64,000 nucleotides of DNA from NCBI GenBank assembly GCA_046753765.1, contig JBHHUN010000001.1:12141-76140 (forward strand), given 5' to 3'. The stretch's first letter is position 1. Each line of letters starts with the position of its first letter. This document shows, in pieces, positions 42,101-48,985 of this stretch. A model generated the notes under the pieces. The model did not search any database, was not told the DNA's origin, and saw only the letters and a program-made list of their open reading frames with translations. Both the position numbers and the translations under genes were made by a program. The DNA is from Candidatus Dojkabacteria bacterium (GTDB taxonomy: Bacteria; Patescibacteriota; Dojkabacteria; B142; OLB20).

Positions 42101-42742
42101 ATGCAGGAAGGAACTGAAACTGCCCAACAGATAGCAAATTCCGAAAAAACCGATCCCAAAAAAGAACAGGCTCTTAAGAATCTACAAGATGACCTGGAAG
42201 CAGAGCTGCAAGACCAGGCAGAGTATACAAAAGGTCGAGTCATGATGTTTGTAGATGTCAGTTTTGTAAACAGTGAGATATTTGGTCAGAAAGATAATCT
42301 ACTATCCGCTCTAAAGATTGAAAGCTTTGCCCTTGCTAACGGAGACAATCTCTTTGAGATTAATGACAATGTGGAAAGTACAAAACTCAAGGTGAATGTC
42401 TCAGATCTGATCGTCGCCGGATCGCTCACAGTAGAAGGCGATCTAGATGTTCTTGGAATCCTCTTTGCGCAGGAGGCTGCAACAAATAGCCTATTTGTTG
42501 AACGAAAAATCAATGTCGGGACAGAAGACCACCAAGCCGCAGGCGAGGTGACTCTTAAAGGTGGTATGACAAAGATCACTGTTGAAAATAATCAAATAAC
42601 TCCATATTCCTCAGTCCATATAACAAAAGATCAGTTTGTCAATTACAGAGTCATAGACATGAAACCCGGAATTGGATTCACTATACAAATTGATGATGCT
42701 ATCGACAACGATACAGTCTTCAACTACTTCATTATTAACTAA
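33191..42742 (+). CDS. Giant mosaic tail-fibre-like adhesin with two C-terminal IMC/Peptidase_G2-like domains, 3183 aa
   Basis: Signal-like leader; N-terminal FQGK...LLWQE...LTSVPYA domain typical of fibre-like proteins; GNVGIGT beta repeats; two D(I/V)AE...IST.PG...LAGRVPVK...GD domains. Confidence 0.75.
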   Translation: MLPLHFTVKQLPFRAFYGRLLRVFTLFASFVIVSALFLLVSQTVSATVNSTMNFQGKVVNLSDGTNIVAGSPSCVAAGADTCDFRASIYTDSTGGTLLWQEPQSNVELGDYEGVFNLSLNSVCASWSSPGGSCSGSGLTWGSDSTIYLQIEFDDDGNGDFVSAETFTRKLLTSVPYAYEADQLDGIDSTGFVQLAPGSVQTTGNTTNPLIYLNENGTGTPNLLQLQVAGSDIATINNSGDLTITGDANINGGTINSTSVLTFNDSNTLDIAFSDASNTTLPVGTNSILHALNAASGGGGGLWTINANVTYLTSSGSDLSLASTLVSAFSVDESENLVRVGDGSSSNGKIDFYSSTGDTGRFEYITDTLQWSGGSVRIANNTSVNFGSSDQIQVLYDSTTDTRLEFSDGTNLLLALDDAGTTGDLLVTGTVSIGGSSNDVLATSAAAGAATSSLYWGNQTVCLADGTGCSTDYGLWEALSFNTGANTGTFENDNDVIVGTWAGDDTPLTNTGFVLDSTTADDLFVLDLLGVGDSLYVENNIVAGSGALTLSDSGITDGDSNLVLTATGANVVQISDALTVTGGTATFSGGNVIVQHTTPYDIVIDNSTVGVPTGGNLASDSGYLTLRGNFFDDTPDTDTELDMSLLMDVTDGSTYRLGFYNDGKAAEIGSLDESGNLQVDGTLNLGTNTADVLSVGAGTAANGDLYWGDDLLCDTSQSNCGWAAGGSTLFTDGGTLTYLTQTADDFAIGGSALASPFSVDTDINTVRIGDGTSDVNDPTVTFYASNAVDSGSIIYLDADGFQFSGGDVLVGAASETIAGAGFVLNGDDLFVNGQLGVEGDIYTDADLTLQSDVDTTGVGDITINFGGTNTETIAWIASLDGFQVSDDLLPSTDDALDLGSNTLRWRDLYTGPGTIHVGTSTSDEGTLSYNTTTNDLAIESTGDLVLLSGGGYVGIGTATTTAFLDITAPTTSAAQINLSPSVAVDPSAPVNGDMWYNGTNLNFYNGSVTTDLLAGSSSLWTDGGTLTYLTSTTDDVVFGGTTSAGPFFFDTSAGKLTLNTVGAGAGIALGDDTLLYDGGTNLIQTADSFTIGGQLTVSSTGSSGGLVIGDDTNLYDNGTNLLQTDDSFTVGGALSVTGGAATVSGGGLTVTGGNVLVQGTTPLDVIVDNSTTGTTANSGALYLRGNYFNVSDTEIDMSILLNVTDNTDYKISFYDDGQVAEVGSIDQSGNLQVDGNFNLGTDTADVLSVGTTGSTAIGDLYWGDDLICDSSQANCGIAFGGSSLFTDGGALTYLTQTTDDFSVGGTALASAFSVDVSANTVRIGSGATADAVLSMFASDASTGTITFTTSDRWEFSGGDILLSDDQSMFFGTDADAFFRYDELTDNRLEFGFGANQFGYIDDVAAQTYGDFLFNGTTTLGTGLAGTETALYINPTTGFTGTLLDIDVNGSDIFAVSTTGITANVPATFASAGDVQIANDLAFTNSTSSNITSDAPLYITAGDIASSEDLYLSANNAGYVIVDDRLEVADLIHLGNASANNYLATSVQTNTPTTDLYWGDKLVCDVSEANCGNIWTDSGTVSYLTSTTDDFAIGGTSLTASLSMDVSANLLRVGTGATANGKIDLYSSNGNSARLELTTTDTVELNNAGFVFNQAGDAVDFVIEGDTDANLITADGSTDRVGIGVAVPDAFFDVKPATAGSASINISSSATVNPSVPVDGDMWYNGTNLYFYDGSSTIDILAGGSGSSKWTDGGTLTYLTSITDDLAVGASSAVAPLYIDVDTNLIRIGDGASDVNDPTLTFYASDAVDSGSLIFQDDDSFFLSGGSVMIGAAAETIAGTGFVVDGDDVFIAGMLGVEGDIYSDGDLYIQSDLDTTLAGDISINFGGTNTEILKWDATNDAFSLSDDFLPATNDVSTLGIDTLRWADLFLGPNTLHIGTSTSDEGTVSYDTTANNLLIDSTGNLVLLNGGGNVGIGTTTTNAFLDITAPTTASAQLNLSPSIAVDPSAPVDGDMWYNGTNLYFYDGSSNTDLLAGGGSTLFTDGGAVTYLTSTTDDFALGGSTLAASVFAVDESTGDFYFGSDNTTDPSLLFEASDADAGQIDFTTNDRFELIGAGLLLDDDQSLFFGANADAYFSYDELTDDRLEFGFGANQFGYIDDVTAQTYGDFNFAGTTSLGTALAGTETALYINPTTGFTGTLLDIDVDGADIFTVTSTGITADVPATFNSAGDVSIANDINFTNGSSSTITSLAPLYITAGDAVSNDSLILSAQNAGYVIVDDRLQVEDIIHLGGSADNFLAASSQTNAATDDLYWGDKLLCDASVANCGYVTTALWADGTSGYYSNTESVIVGADAAFSYVTTPGAGDLKVADDFEAADDGFIGGDLVVGASTSSTDTISDAGFVLGGDDLFVAGLLGVEGAIYTDDDLYLQTDIDTTLAGDISINFGGTNTEIFKWDATADAFDLSDDITVNGNITISGAAAGLVYANVATGSAPTCDSTTVGTTIYNRDAAEDGTIYLCRQNTAGAYEWRDITNGAGTPDIAEFVRTNDTTIEAGDIVSVSLEDYQEENIYNRFLVEKSNTTNVGRLMGIISTDPGILLNTANDPNEQQDLTNLRPLALAGRVPVKISAASADIVKGDPISASDKDGQGQKLQGSGMIVGIALEEWTSTSGDTDVMVLIKNTHYDSATEEGTLYLGESGKGLISFNEETGTFEFDSNGDGIPEMSLGENNEIEVAQDVLPKSSPATLTDESGQQITDGIDLGSPEAYFDDVYANTFHGQDLAINNFDVAEEYLVEDMTIMAGDVVRFKKDSSDSLFVERTDEAQDKYAIGVISTKPGLYLKDWQEDRESGRPVALAGRVPVKVTDENGPVHRGDFLTPASTPGYAMKAVRGGVIIGRAMEDFDPDFFDSGDSEMVTATLGSALATAEEEIAELVESGELSDGEATEFLYSIQEEVTAEYDEQEEAEMIENELMQEGTETAQQIANSEKTDPKKEQALKNLQDDLEAELQDQAEYTKGRVMMFVDVSFVNSEIFGQKDNLLSALKIESFALANGDNLFEINDNVESTKLKVNVSDLIVAGSLTVEGDLDVLGILFAQEAATNSLFVERKINVGTEDHQAAGEVTLKGGMTKITVENNQITPYSSVHITKDQFVNYRVIDMKPGIGFTIQIDDAIDNDTVFNYFIIN
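34547..40527 (+). repeat. Internal modular repeats of the 3183-aa gene
   Basis: TD(G/S)G..(T/S)YLT.(T)DD junctions at 35378, 36248, 37043, 37910, 38435 and 39308. Segment 35378-36247 resembles 38435-39307; about 37260-37900 resembles 39530-40165; about 34950-35350 resembles 36640-37020. Confidence 0.9.
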
Positions 42743-42808
42743 CCAGAGCCTTTGGGTGAAGTGTGCACTTTCTTTCGGTGTATCTTGAGTGGCAAATGCA
42801 GTGGTTTA

Positions 42809-42837
42809 TTGACACTTCGATGGTGTCGTTGTAGTGT
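42809..42837 (+). promoter_or_regulatory. Sigma70-type promoter candidate
   Basis: TTGACA-N17-TAGTGT upstream of ORF 42859. Confidence 0.4.
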
Positions 42838-42858
42838 ATATGTTATATAAATCCTCCT

Positions 42859-43353
42859 ATGTATCAACAAAGTCAAAGAGAAGTGATTGGCACTCTGGAC
42901 AGTGATTCTGGGCGTTTAGTCGAGGGGTTGTTAAAACTGATCCTGCTAGTAGTGATCTTTTTGCTTGGTGGTCTTGCATATAAGTTAGCTAATGAGGGTG
43001 GAGTACTTCCTGAACAGTTGTCATCTGGTTCCCGATCGAGTGAGAATGTCAGCGCAGGAGGCAACAGTAGTAGCGAGTTGTCAGTGGAGGAGGCTGTTGA
43101 AAAGATAATGTTGATCTCAACAGATGAAACACCAACGGTTGCGACAATTGTTGATAGTGAAAAACTCAAACAAGCCAACCCGGATTTCTACCAGAACACA
43201 CTAGATGGAGACCAGCTGCTGATTTACAGCAACCGGGCGATCATTTACAGGGCTCAGGACGGTCTGATCATCAATGTCCTCCCCATCACGAGGGATGATC
43301 TAAAGGATTCGGTAACACAAGTTGCTGGGGAAGAGACGGAAGCTCTCGAATAA
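42859..43353 (+). CDS. Single-TM membrane protein with an unassigned ExPxVATxxD...FY...GD domain
   Basis: TM at about aa 23-43; DETPTVATIVDSEKLKQANPDFYQNTLDGDQLLIY. Confidence 0.75.
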   Translation: MYQQSQREVIGTLDSDSGRLVEGLLKLILLVVIFLLGGLAYKLANEGGVLPEQLSSGSRSSENVSAGGNSSSELSVEEAVEKIMLISTDETPTVATIVDSEKLKQANPDFYQNTLDGDQLLIYSNRAIIYRAQDGLIINVLPITRDDLKDSVTQVAGEETEALE

Positions 43354-43430
43354 GTCCCCTTGTTCATATCATTTGATCGGATATTTAGGCTGAATAGTGC
43401 ACTTGTTATCAGTTTCTTTCGGTCTCATAT

Positions 43431-43452
43431 GACTCTCGGATAGAGTCTTTTT
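43431..43452 (+). terminator. Rho-independent terminator candidate after ORF 42859
   Basis: GACTCT-cggat-AGAGTC followed by TTTTT. Confidence 0.5.
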
Positions 43453-43569
43453 ACAATAATGCATAAAAAATATCTTTTTTCTTGTACTAAATCTTGACTC
43501 GACTGAATATATCTATAATAATGAATTAGCTTTTTGCACTTGTAACTATTTTAGCTGCCTAAGCTTTAC

Positions 43570-43608
43570 AAAAAATTCAAGCCTGCACAGCTTGAATTTT
43601 TTCTTTTT
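43570..43608. terminator. Strong, potentially bidirectional intrinsic terminator
   Basis: Perfect 13-bp inverted repeat AAAAAATTCAAGC-ctgcaca-GCTTGAATTTTTT followed by CTTTTT. Confidence 0.75.
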
Positions 43609-43645
43609 ACCCACAAACGAGCATTCAATATTTGTGAATATTATG

Positions 43646-43674
43646 TTGGCATAGACCTCTTGATCTGATAGTCT
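43646..43674 (+). promoter_or_regulatory. Promoter candidate for ORF 43740
   Basis: TTGGCA-N17-TAGTCT with extended TG. Confidence 0.45.
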
Positions 43675-43739
43675 GTATCTACACCCAATTTTTACTGTTT
43701 GTTTGGTACTTCTTATTCATAAATATTAGAATCACAACA

Positions 43740-44444
43740 ATGCACGCACAAAACTTGCCCACAAACAATCAACCCACTGCAAATCAGATGGGGCATCCCT
43801 CACCAACTTCGGCTCCCTCTAGAGGAAGCAAAATAGCTGTCCTCTTTGGAATTGCAGTTGTCTTGTTTGTCCTTCAATTGGTAACACTGTATTTAGTAGT
43901 GAATCCGCCTTACCTTGCTCAGCAGAACCTTACAAGACAGGTAATAGATGAGGTATCCCAGATGGTCGAAGTAAATCCATTTGAAACACCTATTGTTAGT
44001 GTTGTTGCAGATGCGGAAAGCTTAAGGTCCGCTAATAACATCCAGGGAGATGTCTATGCAAACGCACAGGACGGTGACTATGTTCTTGGATTTTCAGATA
44101 AGATGGTAATCTATCGAAGAGAGACTGGAGAGGTTGTTTATGAGGGGGAGAGTCCCGGATCGATACTAAATAAAAACCAACAGAATCTTAGACAGAGCGT
44201 TATCAACGCAGCTCAAACAAAGGGTCTTATCCCTGAGGGAGAAGAGGTAAATCCACAAATGTCTGTGGTCACAGATCCTGCGGTACTGCGTAGCCAGGAT
44301 GCCAGTTTCTACGCAAACGTACAGGAAGGTGACGTTATTGCTGTATTTCCTAGCAAACAACTGATAGTGCTTGTAAGGGCAAATGAGTCAGGAACATCGG
44401 TTATACAGTCAGGAAGCTATACAACCTCAATAAACTCTAACTAA
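43740..44444 (+). CDS. Single-TM membrane protein with two copies of the same unassigned domain
   Basis: TM at about aa 33-54; ETPIVSVVAD...VYANAQDGDYVL and VNPQMSVVTD...FYANVQEGDVIA. Confidence 0.75.
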   Translation: MHAQNLPTNNQPTANQMGHPSPTSAPSRGSKIAVLFGIAVVLFVLQLVTLYLVVNPPYLAQQNLTRQVIDEVSQMVEVNPFETPIVSVVADAESLRSANNIQGDVYANAQDGDYVLGFSDKMVIYRRETGEVVYEGESPGSILNKNQQNLRQSVINAAQTKGLIPEGEEVNPQMSVVTDPAVLRSQDASFYANVQEGDVIAVFPSKQLIVLVRANESGTSVIQSGSYTTSINSN

Positions 44445-44480
44445 AGTTCTGCTGCACGGATGTTCAAATTTTTGGATAAG

Positions 44481-44491
44481 TGTGGTATTAT
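44481..44491 (+). promoter_or_regulatory. Extended -10 promoter of rpsF-ssb-rpsR
   Basis: TGTGGTATTAT. Confidence 0.55.
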
Positions 44492-44545
44492 CACTGCAAC
44501 TACCCAAACAGATATAATTTATAGATAATAAAGAGCTGGAAGCGC

Positions 44546-44824
44546 ATGAAATATGAATTGATGGTGATCCTGAAGCCCTTACTTCCCGAAGATATCCGCA
44601 CAGGAATCCAAAAAAAGCTCGAAGCTTTAGTGAAGAAGGCTAAGGGGGCAATGGTCTCACAGGATGTGTGGGGGAAAAGGCACCTTGCATACCCGATCAC
44701 AAACCACAACGAGGGTTACTACATAGTGTACAACCTCGAGCTGGAACCTGCCTTAATTGATGAGTTCGAGAAAGAGCTCAAGCTTATGGGTGATGTGTTG
44801 AGGTATCTTCTGGCTAAGAAATAA
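44546..44824 (+). CDS. rpsF: 30S ribosomal protein S6
   Basis: YELMVIL, WGKRHLAYPI, EGYY and VLRYL motifs. Confidence 0.96.
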   Translation: MKYELMVILKPLLPEDIRTGIQKKLEALVKKAKGAMVSQDVWGKRHLAYPITNHNEGYYIVYNLELEPALIDEFEKELKLMGDVLRYLLAKK

Positions 44825-44849
44825 TATTTAACCTTTTACTTAAGAAGAG

Positions 44850-45401
44850 ATGGCTACATCGAGATCACTAAATAAGGTTTTGTTAATTGGTAATCTGACC
44901 AGAAACCCTGTGCTCCGAAGCACGGCAAACAATGCCACAGTATGTACGTTTGGTCTTGCAACCAACGATTCCTGGAAAGACTCAAGCGGAAACCTTCAAG
45001 AGAGGACTGAATTTCACAATCTAGTCTCATGGAATAAACTGGCTGAGATCTGCGCACAGATATTGGCAACAGGAATGCTTGTCTGGATAGAAGGAGAGCT
45101 TCGAACCAGAACATGGGAAGATATGAACGGCAATCGCAGATACAAAACAGAGATCAAGATCAACGATATGAAGTTACTTGATGATAAAGGGAAAAAGGGA
45201 GTTGGTATTGAAGCAGCCAAGGCTGAAGGCGAAGGGGGAGGGGCCACTAACGCTGGCGAGGACAGCAAATCTGTGGATAAAGGAAACGATTCTGATGATT
45301 CAAAGTCCGAAGAAAAGACCAAAAGCACGAAAGTCTCCGAAGTCGCAGAAGAAGACCCAGCGGAAGATGCTACAGAAGATGACGGAGAAGATCTATTCTA
45401 A
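44850..45401 (+). CDS. ssb: Single-stranded DNA-binding protein
   Basis: SLNKVLLIGNLTRNP, TEFH and EGELRTRTW motifs; acidic tail ending EDLF. Confidence 0.96.
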   Translation: MATSRSLNKVLLIGNLTRNPVLRSTANNATVCTFGLATNDSWKDSSGNLQERTEFHNLVSWNKLAEICAQILATGMLVWIEGELRTRTWEDMNGNRRYKTEIKINDMKLLDDKGKKGVGIEAAKAEGEGGGATNAGEDSKSVDKGNDSDDSKSEEKTKSTKVSEVAEEDPAEDATEDDGEDLF

Positions 45402-45410
45402 ACTAGAAAC

Positions 45411-45653
45411 ATGGCAAAGACTCACAAAAAGAAAAAACTCAAGAAATTTCATAAGCCATCGTGTCCCTTTAAGGGCAGAACAGAGCTTATTGATTATAAG
45501 GATGTATACAGGTTAAAGAAGTTTGTAACAACTCGTGGCAGAATGCTGCCACCCGAACGCACTGGAGTGAGTCCTAGGTGCCAGCGCAAGTTAGCTGTTG
45601 AGATAAAAAAGGCAAGATATATGGCACTGTTGCCATATAACGAATTGATCTGA
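45411..45653 (+). CDS. rpsR: 30S ribosomal protein S18
   Basis: [23 protein letters not shown] and [12 protein letters not shown] motifs. Confidence 0.96.
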   Translation: MAKTHKKKKLKKFHKPSCPFKGRTELIDYKDVYRLKKFVTTRGRMLPPERTGVSPRCQRKLAVEIKKARYMALLPYNELI

Positions 45654-45681
45654 CGCCCATTAGTTAAAATCAGGACTGTCC

Positions 45682-47754
45682 ATGGCTAAACAGCTACATA
45701 ATCTCCTTCTTGGAAAACATTTCGGGATTGAGACAACGCTAGTGGATCATAAAGACAGCGGATACAAATTAAAGAACGCCACCCTATTCAGAATTCCTCA
45801 GTACCTAACACCCAAGCATTTAGACGATTCAGAAACGATTGGGCGTGACATCATTTATGCTAACGATGCAGACACCTGGGGGACAAAACTGTCGGCCAGG
45901 TATATGATTGTACCAAACCAATCGAGCAGTGTAGAGATTTCTCAGCTTAGTCAGGTACTTGATAGAAAACTGGCGGTGATCGAGCTGACGTTTGACTACA
46001 TAAAAATAACGTCAGACTCTGACGACGTGATGATCCCCTTTGACGGTGAACAGCTCTCCCTCACGAAGAGCGTGCGAAAGTTAGCTAAGGATATGGGACT
46101 CAGTAACTCAAAATTGACATCGGCGCTAATTAACGCTCCCGTAGTTGCAACAGACGTTCTCTCAAAAGTGTTTAACGCACGGTTGCTGATGCAGATTCTG
46201 CGTTCCCAATCTATACAACTTTTAGAGTTTGAGCAGGTGATATTTACTGGTGAGATGGTCTGGAGTAGATGGGTTGATATCTCAGGGATACTTGCGATAT
46301 TTGAGCTTATCTTTGCAGGCAGAAAAGTTGAGATTCTCATTGACTTCAACGCGATTTTTCAACTTTTACTAATGTCAGAATTGAAGATAAAAGAATTGAG
46401 TCGACTGAACGGTGAGCTCCTGAAGCCTCAGGTTACGTGGATAGATGACAGGTCGCTTCTGACCAAAAATCGAAAACTGCATGAGTTGGATCTCAAGAAA
46501 AAGGGGGGAGAAAAAAAACTAATCCTTACGAAAGACAGGATCGGACTGTTTGATCTTAGAGAGAGTGGATATAAGTTAGCTGGAAGAGAAATTACGAGGT
46601 ATATCTATATCAATGTGTTCGTTAGTGTTGCTAGGCTTGTCGATAGCGCGAATACAAAAAAATACGAACAGGCATGGGTGCAACCGTTGGAATGGGATAG
46701 TCAGTATGCAAATGTAAAATATTGGCCTCTGCCAAGACTATGGGTAGATGAGTCACAACACATGTTGAGCCAAAGTGATTTCTCGAGCTACAGTCTGGAT
46801 CTCAATAAGGGAAGCAAGGTAAGCGACAATCAAGACTTTGGAAAGTATACAAGTAGTACAATGACGGTTTTCAATTACCAAAGTCATGCCGGTGAAATTA
46901 AAAGTCACTTGCAGGTTAACGATCACCAGCATGTAAAAAAGGGATCGCGGCTAACGATAGTTCCTACACTGGGAGGTGTCTGGGATAAGTACCTAACTGC
47001 GCCACACGACGGCAGAATTGATCTCAGGCTCATTGATGATGGAATAATTCTTCTTAAGGTAGATGAAGAAAAAGCTCTTAACTTCAGGTTTCCGATGCAT
47101 ATTAGTAACAAGCTGAAATCGGGTGGATTTGTTTTTAAAGCAACATCACTAAACTTCCCCCTGGCACAGTGGTCTGGCAGACAGGTCTCTGGCTATTTGG
47201 CATCTTCTGTCACAGAGGTTGATTCTGGTCAGAAGATCATAATAATGGACGATGTTTCAGAGTTTGACTTGAGCATTGAGAAGATATTTGAGAGGCAGAT
47301 CGCCGCGATTCTATTTCGCAGGTCTTCACGAAACTCATATGTAAACTTCATAAAATCCAATATCAGGCAGTTGAAGGTCTTGTCCTTTGGATTGCTAACT
47401 GGGTTTGAAGAGAAGATGGAAGCAGAGATAAAACTAAAGCTAGAAGAGTATCTGGGCGAGTTTGCTTTGATCGATAGGGGAGCACTCAGTATTCCATTAA
47501 ATGTCTCTAGATCAAAATTTGTAATGGGTAATAGTGACGACACTCGGCAGTTAAGCTTTAGTCTAAAGGATTTTACCGGTCAGCTTTGTAAGGGAGAAAC
47601 AATCAAAGTTTTTAGTTATCTTGACACAGAAGCTTATGTTAGAATAGAGAAGGTTCATTCCGACAGTGATGCACTTGGGGTTAATAGCACAGGTGCATTT
47701 GACTTTAATATCATTAATTCACAGCCCTTAATCTTAAGATATGGAACAGACTAA
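45682..47754 (+). CDS. Hypothetical 690-aa protein, possibly a GlmL-like fragment plus barrel-sandwich hybrid motif plus C-terminal KOW/SH3-like domain
   Basis: Long ORF within the operon; V.D.QHVKKG...APHDGRI hybrid motif. Other domain calls are weak. Confidence 0.55.
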   Translation: MAKQLHNLLLGKHFGIETTLVDHKDSGYKLKNATLFRIPQYLTPKHLDDSETIGRDIIYANDADTWGTKLSARYMIVPNQSSSVEISQLSQVLDRKLAVIELTFDYIKITSDSDDVMIPFDGEQLSLTKSVRKLAKDMGLSNSKLTSALINAPVVATDVLSKVFNARLLMQILRSQSIQLLEFEQVIFTGEMVWSRWVDISGILAIFELIFAGRKVEILIDFNAIFQLLLMSELKIKELSRLNGELLKPQVTWIDDRSLLTKNRKLHELDLKKKGGEKKLILTKDRIGLFDLRESGYKLAGREITRYIYINVFVSVARLVDSANTKKYEQAWVQPLEWDSQYANVKYWPLPRLWVDESQHMLSQSDFSSYSLDLNKGSKVSDNQDFGKYTSSTMTVFNYQSHAGEIKSHLQVNDHQHVKKGSRLTIVPTLGGVWDKYLTAPHDGRIDLRLIDDGIILLKVDEEKALNFRFPMHISNKLKSGGFVFKATSLNFPLAQWSGRQVSGYLASSVTEVDSGQKIIIMDDVSEFDLSIEKIFERQIAAILFRRSSRNSYVNFIKSNIRQLKVLSFGLLTGFEEKMEAEIKLKLEEYLGEFALIDRGALSIPLNVSRSKFVMGNSDDTRQLSFSLKDFTGQLCKGETIKVFSYLDTEAYVRIEKVHSDSDALGVNSTGAFDFNIINSQPLILRYGTD

Positions 47755-48967
47755 CAGCCCCAAAACAGCCACAAGAGTACTACTTATATTTATCGGCTTG
47801 GTAATATTTTTTGTGGTTGGGTTTTACCTCGGGAGGGTTGATTTAAACAATGCTGTGGCGGGTGGCCCCGAAGTGGATGGATATACGATTAGTGGTGAGC
47901 TAAAAGAGACCAGGGACAACGTCAACGTTAACCTCCTGTGGGAGGTCTGGTCACTTCTTGAGAGGGAGTACATTGAAAAGACAATCGTTGGTCAAGAGCT
48001 TCTGTATGGCTCAGTCAGGGGGTTAGTTTCAGGGCTAAACGACCCATACACAGCTTTCTTAACCCCAACGGAAACAAATGACTACTTCAGCGCGAACAAA
48101 GGTGAGTTTGAAGGTATTGGAACAACACTTCGTCAGGATGGTGAATTCGTCGCTGTCGAAAGCCCTATTGATGGTGCTCCAGCACAAAAAGCTGGGCTTG
48201 AACCGGGGGACCTGATTCTTGAGGTAGATGGTGAGGATATGCAGGGGATATCAGTATTCGAGGTGGCTGCGACTATCCGTGGAGAAGCAGGTACAGATGT
48301 AACGCTTTCGATCTTTCGACCGAAGAACAGTGAGCAATTTGATGTCACAATAAACAGGGCAAAGATCGATATTGATAATATTTCACTTGAACATCTTGAG
48401 GACGATCTTTACAAAGTTAAAATCTTTAAGTTTACAGAAGAATCTGTTCAGGCCTTCAATAACCAATGGGATGATGTCGTTTCACAGATAGAGAAAAAAA
48501 ACGCTAAAGCATTGGTCATTGACCTTCGCAATAATCCAGGTGGATTTGTAAACTCCGTTGAGTATGTACTTGGTGACTTCCTTAAAAAAGGTACACTGAT
48601 ATTCAGTGAAGAGGATAGAAATAGTAAAAAAGTTGAGCACAGAGTCGATAGAAATGGGAGACTCACAGATATGCCAATAGTTGTGATTGTTAACCAAGGA
48701 AGTGCATCTGCCTCAGAGATCTTTGCCGGCGCTCTCCAAGACCATAAGAGAGCCGAAGTGATTGGTACAGAGACTGTTGGAAAAGGCGTAGAGCAGCGCC
48801 TCATCACATTAAGTGATGGTTCAACACTACAGTTGGTATTTCAGAAGTGGCTTACACCAAGTGGGAAAAATATAAGTGAAGATGATCCTATTATGCCTGA
48901 CGAGGAAGTTAAGGAGTATCAGGAACAGGAGGATAAAGCGCTCGAGAAAATTAAATCACTATTATAA
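47741..48967 (+). CDS. ctpA: Carboxy-terminal processing protease (S41A)
   Basis: N-terminal TM; DPYT, FEGIG (PDZ), IDLRNNPGG, SASASEIFAGAL and TVGKG motifs. Confidence 0.92.
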   Translation: MEQTNSPKTATRVLLIFIGLVIFFVVGFYLGRVDLNNAVAGGPEVDGYTISGELKETRDNVNVNLLWEVWSLLEREYIEKTIVGQELLYGSVRGLVSGLNDPYTAFLTPTETNDYFSANKGEFEGIGTTLRQDGEFVAVESPIDGAPAQKAGLEPGDLILEVDGEDMQGISVFEVAATIRGEAGTDVTLSIFRPKNSEQFDVTINRAKIDIDNISLEHLEDDLYKVKIFKFTEESVQAFNNQWDDVVSQIEKKNAKALVIDLRNNPGGFVNSVEYVLGDFLKKGTLIFSEEDRNSKKVEHRVDRNGRLTDMPIVVIVNQGSASASEIFAGALQDHKRAEVIGTETVGKGVEQRLITLSDGSTLQLVFQKWLTPSGKNISEDDPIMPDEEVKEYQEQEDKALEKIKSLL

Positions 48968-48985
48968 TTTGAGTGTAGACTATCA

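Noticed and set aside
18304-42742. Diversity-generating retroelement acting on the giant genes
   Set aside because: There is no reverse transcriptase in the window, and mismatches between repeats fall at third codon positions rather than at adenines as in TR/VR pairs.
33191-42742. Prophage tail gene
   Set aside because: The protein has a signal-like leader, and no integrase, capsid, terminase or other phage genes flank it.
43530-43562. tmRNA tag-like frame (LFALVTILAA-stop)
   Set aside because: No tRNA-like acceptor or T-arm, no space for pseudoknots and no resume-codon context.
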